A model generated the notes under the pieces. That model searched no databases and had not been told where the DNA came from. It saw only the letters and a list, made by a program, of their open reading frames with translations. A stretch of 64,000 nucleotides of DNA from IMG/VR virus record IMGVR_UViG_3300032218_003260; one strand, 5' to 3'. Shown here piece by piece: positions 60,138-64,000 of this stretch (position 1 is its first letter; every line of letters starts with the position of its first letter). Origin of the DNA: a virus. Lineage: Duplodnaviria; Caudoviricetes. The translations under genes were made by a program, and so were the position numbers.

Positions 60138-60410
60138 GAAAGATTCTGAACTTAACTCGGGGCACACTGAATACAGCCGTGTTTTCGGGACATGAAAATA
60201 CAGCCGACCCAGAGGAACCCCGCCACCGCAAACCAACCGAACGTGCTCTTCCGTCGGTAAGACCTCGGCGAGGACTTTACCGGAGATGAGCTGCGCTACT
60301 ACCAAACCTATTCCGCTATCGTCCGGGAAGAACGGTAACGTACTCGGCGCAGCGTCGATGTTTAACAACCACGCTAGCGCCGGATCTTCAGGTTTGATGA
60401 AGTAACGCAT
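60123..60410 (-). CDS. hypothetical protein
   Basis: ATG 60410; 95 aa. Confidence 0.55.
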   Translation of the reverse strand: MRYFIKPEDPALAWLLNIDAAPSTLPFFPDDSGIGLVVAQLISGKVLAEVLPTEEHVRLVCGGGVPLGRLYFHVPKTRLYSVCPELSSESFGGNV

Positions 60411-60418
60411 GTTAGTAA

Positions 60419-61705
60419 TTACACACCAGCAATGCGCATACGGACACTCTCTGCGCATTCAACTGATGCTACGGGACCAACGTTTTCCGAAGGGTGATAA
60501 CTCGACCGCTTCGGAACAAACTCGACGGGCGCTAACAACTCACCGCGATACGGGAACGGCGTGTTCTGCCATTCCTCGGCCCGGTTAACCTGAATAGCGC
60601 TGAGGCGACTCAACACTAAAGGTGTAGCCGGATTTAGCGCGGCTGTAAATAGCTCCTCATCGAGCGCTTCCCGCTGCGCCCTCTTTGGCGCGTGAAACCG
60701 CAAATAAGTTGCGGCTGCAGACGGCATCTTTTCAATAGCCGTCTTGATATCAATCGTTACTTCCAGCGGCTGGTCTGGCGATAATAACGCATCGCACATC
60801 TCGTCTTCGGCCGGCTGGATATCGCCCAGCTCGGCGTACATGCCATGCAAAATATCATCGACAATCCACGCCGGCATCCCCTCCGCCGTCTCCAGCCCAT
60901 GCCGAGCCAGAATCTTGCCGGCAGGATTCGGCAGCGACACGGTCATGTCGCTAACCGAACCAAAGGGATTTCGATCCATATCGCCCAACACAGGCGAGAA
61001 GTCTTCAATCGCAGCGTCGTGCTTGATAGCCTTGGTGACATCCTTAGCCGACTCTTCGGTGAGCGCAGCAACGTTGATGTAGGTCTTGTTGCCAAACTCC
61101 CGAAGCATGCTGTCGCGCAGCTTGCGCCGGTAAGTTTCTACCAACTCAGACGGAGCATTCTGGATAGCCAATGCGGTCAACTTATCCTCGTCAATCCGCA
61201 TATGGTCACGAACCGGAATGTACACCGTCGGCCAACGACAGGGTTCGAAGGTTACCTTCTCGCCCCGCTTATCGGCATATCCGTAGTTGCAGATGTTATG
61301 AAGCATGTCACAGCCACGCTTCGCGTTTAGCCTGTGCTTTTGCTTGTTCATATTCAACTGCGAACCGAAACCCTTGGCAGAGATTGGGGCCCGAAAGTCC
61401 CATTTGCCGAGCGTTTCCAGATATACGTTGCCGGACCGATCTGCCAGCGCCATTGCCGGAGACAGAATTAGGCCAGCATGCCTCGTTACTTCAAGCACTA
61501 ACGCTGACGGGCGAACGTTATCGCCGAAACGCCTAAGAGGCGAGTCGAACTTTTTGCCTTCGCCGGCTAGCCAACTTACCGCCACGAATTCTTCGCAGCG
61601 AGCCGCTACCCGATCGAACGCCGCGATTATCGTTGCCTGTGTTTTCGCGATATCCACTACTAACTCCTTTTTGCAAATGCCCATCCTTGACGAATTGGGA
61701 TTCAA
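60419..61705 (-). CDS. hypothetical protein (about 428 aa)
   Basis: Long ORF; no recognisable motif. Confidence 0.65.
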   Translation of the reverse strand: MNPNSSRMGICKKELVVDIAKTQATIIAAFDRVAARCEEFVAVSWLAGEGKKFDSPLRRFGDNVRPSALVLEVTRHAGLILSPAMALADRSGNVYLETLGKWDFRAPISAKGFGSQLNMNKQKHRLNAKRGCDMLHNICNYGYADKRGEKVTFEPCRWPTVYIPVRDHMRIDEDKLTALAIQNAPSELVETYRRKLRDSMLREFGNKTYINVAALTEESAKDVTKAIKHDAAIEDFSPVLGDMDRNPFGSVSDMTVSLPNPAGKILARHGLETAEGMPAWIVDDILHGMYAELGDIQPAEDEMCDALLSPDQPLEVTIDIKTAIEKMPSAAATYLRFHAPKRAQREALDEELFTAALNPATPLVLSRLSAIQVNRAEEWQNTPFPYRGELLAPVEFVPKRSSYHPSENVGPVASVECAESVRMRIAGV

Positions 61706-61865
61706 AGTGTTTCGACGAATATAAGGACCACTCTTTCGGCGTTACGACAATTTCTTCATAGTCTTCACTTGAAGTCTTGTCGTAAAACTGAACGAGAATC
61801 CGAGTTACATCGAGAACTTCCTGTCTACGAACAGGCCGTCCTTTGAATCGCACTACATTACGCAC
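61533..61865 (-). CDS. possible hypothetical protein
   Basis: GTG 61865 just after promoter copy 6; overlaps the next ORF. Confidence 0.35.
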   Translation of the reverse strand: MRNVVRFKGRPVRRQEVLDVTRILVQFYDKTSSEDYEEIVVTPKEWSLYSSKHFESQFVKDGHLQKGVSSGYRENTGNDNRGVRSGSGSLRRIRGGKLASRRRQKVRLAS

Positions 61866-61942
61866 GCATGAGATCCCCCTTGCAGCGATATAGCTGCGGT
61901 TATTAATGCTGCCCGCGCTCAACAATAAAGCGCAGTACAACA

Positions 61943-61971
61943 AATATGCCCGGTTATGCTGAAAAATTTAG
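61943..61971 (-). promoter_or_regulatory. phage promoter motif, copy 6
   Basis: CTAAAT ttttcagcataaccggg CATATT. Confidence 0.7.
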
Positions 61972-61972
61972 T

Positions 61973-62407
61973 TCAGCTGTCGGGGTCCGGCAGCACGCCA
62001 TTGAAGACGTTTAAAGAGCCGTCGTCTTCATCAGAAAAGAAGTCGCCCGAGTTTACGGACGATTTGGGCGCGCTCGGTGTTTTTATTTCCGGCGGCGCTT
62101 CGAGATGCACCGGGTCGACGCCGAGATAACCCGTCTCGTCTGGTTCAAGGCTGTCTGCCGAAATATCAAACAGCGGCAGGTTGCCCCACGGCGTAAGCAG
62201 ATGCCGGAACGGCGGTTTAGATATGTTTAACCGGACGCCGGCAAAGCTGAACACGCTGACGTCTCGGTTCACTAGTTCTTTGAGCCGCGCAGTCAGTTTA
62301 TCCAGCGCGTCAAATTCCTCAACCTTAAAGTCACCTTCAGGTGTGAGGATAACCGCGTAATAGTGCTCTGGCTTAGCGTCGGTTTCCGGTGTGGGCGCGT
62401 CGTCCAT
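61973..62407 (-). CDS. acidic hypothetical protein
   Basis: 144 aa; GGGAG RBS. Confidence 0.6.
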   Translation of the reverse strand: MDDAPTPETDAKPEHYYAVILTPEGDFKVEEFDALDKLTARLKELVNRDVSVFSFAGVRLNISKPPFRHLLTPWGNLPLFDISADSLEPDETGYLGVDPVHLEAPPEIKTPSAPKSSVNSGDFFSDEDDGSLNVFNGVLPDPDS

Positions 62408-62408
62408 G

Positions 62409-63050
62409 TTACTCCCTTATATCTAGCGGGTCTTTGCCGTTGAAACCGCTCATTATGCCGGCCTGATAAATACTGTGCGGAATCAAGTGCGGCTGGGCGG
62501 TGCTGACCTGTCGCGCAATCGCTGGCGCGTTTATTTGCGGCTCAGCATACAACACAAACTTGTTGGTCATAACGCCGGCAACGTGTATTTCTAAAAACTG
62601 CCCGGTACGCGACGTCGGATCGGGTACCATCACCGGCTGCAAAAACGAATTGGCAAATAACTGCGCCGCTGGGTTGGAATACGCAATACCACCTAGAAAC
62701 TCAAAGCACTCGTCTTTGCGCCGCTGGTCAATGCAGTACAGCCGTTTATCCCAGTTGACTGGCTTTTGCCTGCCGGGCGCCGGAATGACGCCGAACCCAG
62801 AAAAGAAGCGCTGGTGCTCCCGGGCAAGATCGACAAAGAATGGCCGCAGGTCATCGGAGTCGGCTGGAAAGCGTGCGTCAAATTCGACAACCGGGTCGCG
62901 GTCAAAGCCGCCGCGCGTAAACAGTAACGCGGCAGTGAACAACACAAGCGGATTGTCGCGCTGACTCAGGGCGTCCGCGCACGAAAGCGGCGCAATAGAA
63001 TCGGCGCCGGTGATTTCGTCAATTTGTACAAAGGTGTTCGGCCGGTTCAT
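62409..63050 (-). CDS. hypothetical protein
   Basis: 213 aa. Confidence 0.6.
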   Translation of the reverse strand: MNRPNTFVQIDEITGADSIAPLSCADALSQRDNPLVLFTAALLFTRGGFDRDPVVEFDARFPADSDDLRPFFVDLAREHQRFFSGFGVIPAPGRQKPVNWDKRLYCIDQRRKDECFEFLGGIAYSNPAAQLFANSFLQPVMVPDPTSRTGQFLEIHVAGVMTNKFVLYAEPQINAPAIARQVSTAQPHLIPHSIYQAGIMSGFNGKDPLDIRE

Positions 63051-63056
63051 GCCGCA

Positions 63057-63770
63057 TCACTGTTTTTTTGCGTTTGTCAGCCCGGCGTTTGTTGTCTGTA
63101 TCAGCAGCAGTAACACAAACGCAGCGTCTACAACGTTATCAATGCCAGTCGATTTGTACTTTGCTGAGTCAAACGCTGCGCCCAGAGACTTGTTAGCGGC
63201 GGCGATCATGTCTTCTTTACTCGATTTGCCGTTACCGGTCGCGAATTTCTTGATCGTACTGATAGCAAAACCAGTAGATATTAAATCGGCCTCTTCGGCC
63301 CACGTGGCAACTGTGACCTTCATACCACCCAGAACCTCCGAGGCGGTAGCCACGCGAGACAGCACCGCGGGAATGCCGAACTTTTTGTTTACAAAGAATT
63401 CGCGCGGTGGGGTGTATTTGACGTCTTCATAGCCAACGACGTCAGGCGCTACGGTATTGAGAAACGCGCGCAGCCGCACAAAACGCGACGCTCCTGATTC
63501 GAGACCCTGTACCGACAGATCCCACTGAAACAGCTGCAGCTTTTCCTGCAGCATTTTTTTGCCGGGGATAAAGTCGTAAACCGCGACGCCGCAGTTACTA
63601 CCTAAATCAAGCCCAAGGAACCGAATTGCGTCTGCCGGCTTTTTATCCAGCTTCGCCCCAAACTGTTTGGGGTCTTTGTACATTCTGTACTTGGGCACGC
63701 AACGCTCCTGACTTAATTCGTAAACGCCGGCAAGATATCTAAACACCAAGCAACGCATCGCCGCCACCAC
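63057..63770 (-). CDS. ruvC: RuvC-like Holliday junction resolvase
   Basis: LGLDLG; GYED; IKKFATGNGKSSKEDM; DNVVDA; start uncertain. Confidence 0.8.
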   Translation of the reverse strand: MVAAMRCLVFRYLAGVYELSQERCVPKYRMYKDPKQFGAKLDKKPADAIRFLGLDLGSNCGVAVYDFIPGKKMLQEKLQLFQWDLSVQGLESGASRFVRLRAFLNTVAPDVVGYEDVKYTPPREFFVNKKFGIPAVLSRVATASEVLGGMKVTVATWAEEADLISTGFAISTIKKFATGNGKSSKEDMIAAANKSLGAAFDSAKYKSTGIDNVVDAAFVLLLLIQTTNAGLTNAKKQ

Positions 63771-63979
63771 GACGGCTTAGGTTGTTTCGCTTCAGCAAGC
63801 GCCGCGGCGGTCTCACTGAGTTTTGCTTGTGTATCTTGCAACTCCTTATACACCACGTTGAGCCGAGTCTGCAATACGTCGTTCACCATTTTCAAATGCT
63901 CGGCCATAAAGTTGGCGTTGTACGTCGGTGTACCATTGCGCGCTGCGAACTCAACAACCGTCGCGGCAAAACGCGCCAT
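63713..63979 (-). CDS. coiled-coil hypothetical protein, possibly extending beyond the window
   Basis: Ends KPSWWRRCVAW. Confidence 0.5.
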   Translation of the reverse strand: MARFAATVVEFAARNGTPTYNANFMAEHLKMVNDVLQTRLNVVYKELQDTQAKLSETAAALAEAKQPKPSWWRRCVAWCLDILPAFTN

Positions 63980-64000
63980 GCCGACAGCGGCAGGAGATTC

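Overview
This window is a 64-kb piece of a large tailed dsDNA bacteriophage. Almost all genes lie on the minus strand; the only convincing plus-strand gene is a thioredoxin. The host is uncertain, with weak hints of Planctomycetota. Layout: (1) 1-3.1 kb, auxiliary and nucleotide genes (dCMP deaminase, ferritin-like, methyltransferase, PhoH). (2) 3.1-20.7 kb, a cluster of Gly/Ala-rich, apparently modular proteins sharing an M-N-A-Y-E-F-G...K-x-A motif. They carry embedded enzyme domains (SNF2 helicase, ART-like, Zn-peptidase, acylphosphatase-like, RelA/SpoT synthetase-like). (3) 21-33 kb, small accessory genes arranged in promoter-gene-terminator units, plus six tRNAs (all U34), a tmRNA and unexplained structured non-coding segments. 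(4) 33-36.5 kb, a glycosyltransferase and thymidine kinase. (5) 37-53 kb, fibre and receptor-binding genes (LamG/FN3, collagen-like, beta-solenoid repeats with paralogous small partner genes). (6) 54-64 kb, dTMP kinase, an HD-domain protein, a glycosyltransferase, a probable portal and a RuvC-like resolvase. The most promising new biology is: a putative head-packaged polyprotein cargo system with a shared targeting/cleavage motif; three candidate structured ncRNAs, one closed by a 25-bp stem; and transcription cassettes bounded by an inverted TAGCTAAA element. All calls come from manual motif reading; no database search or folding program was run.
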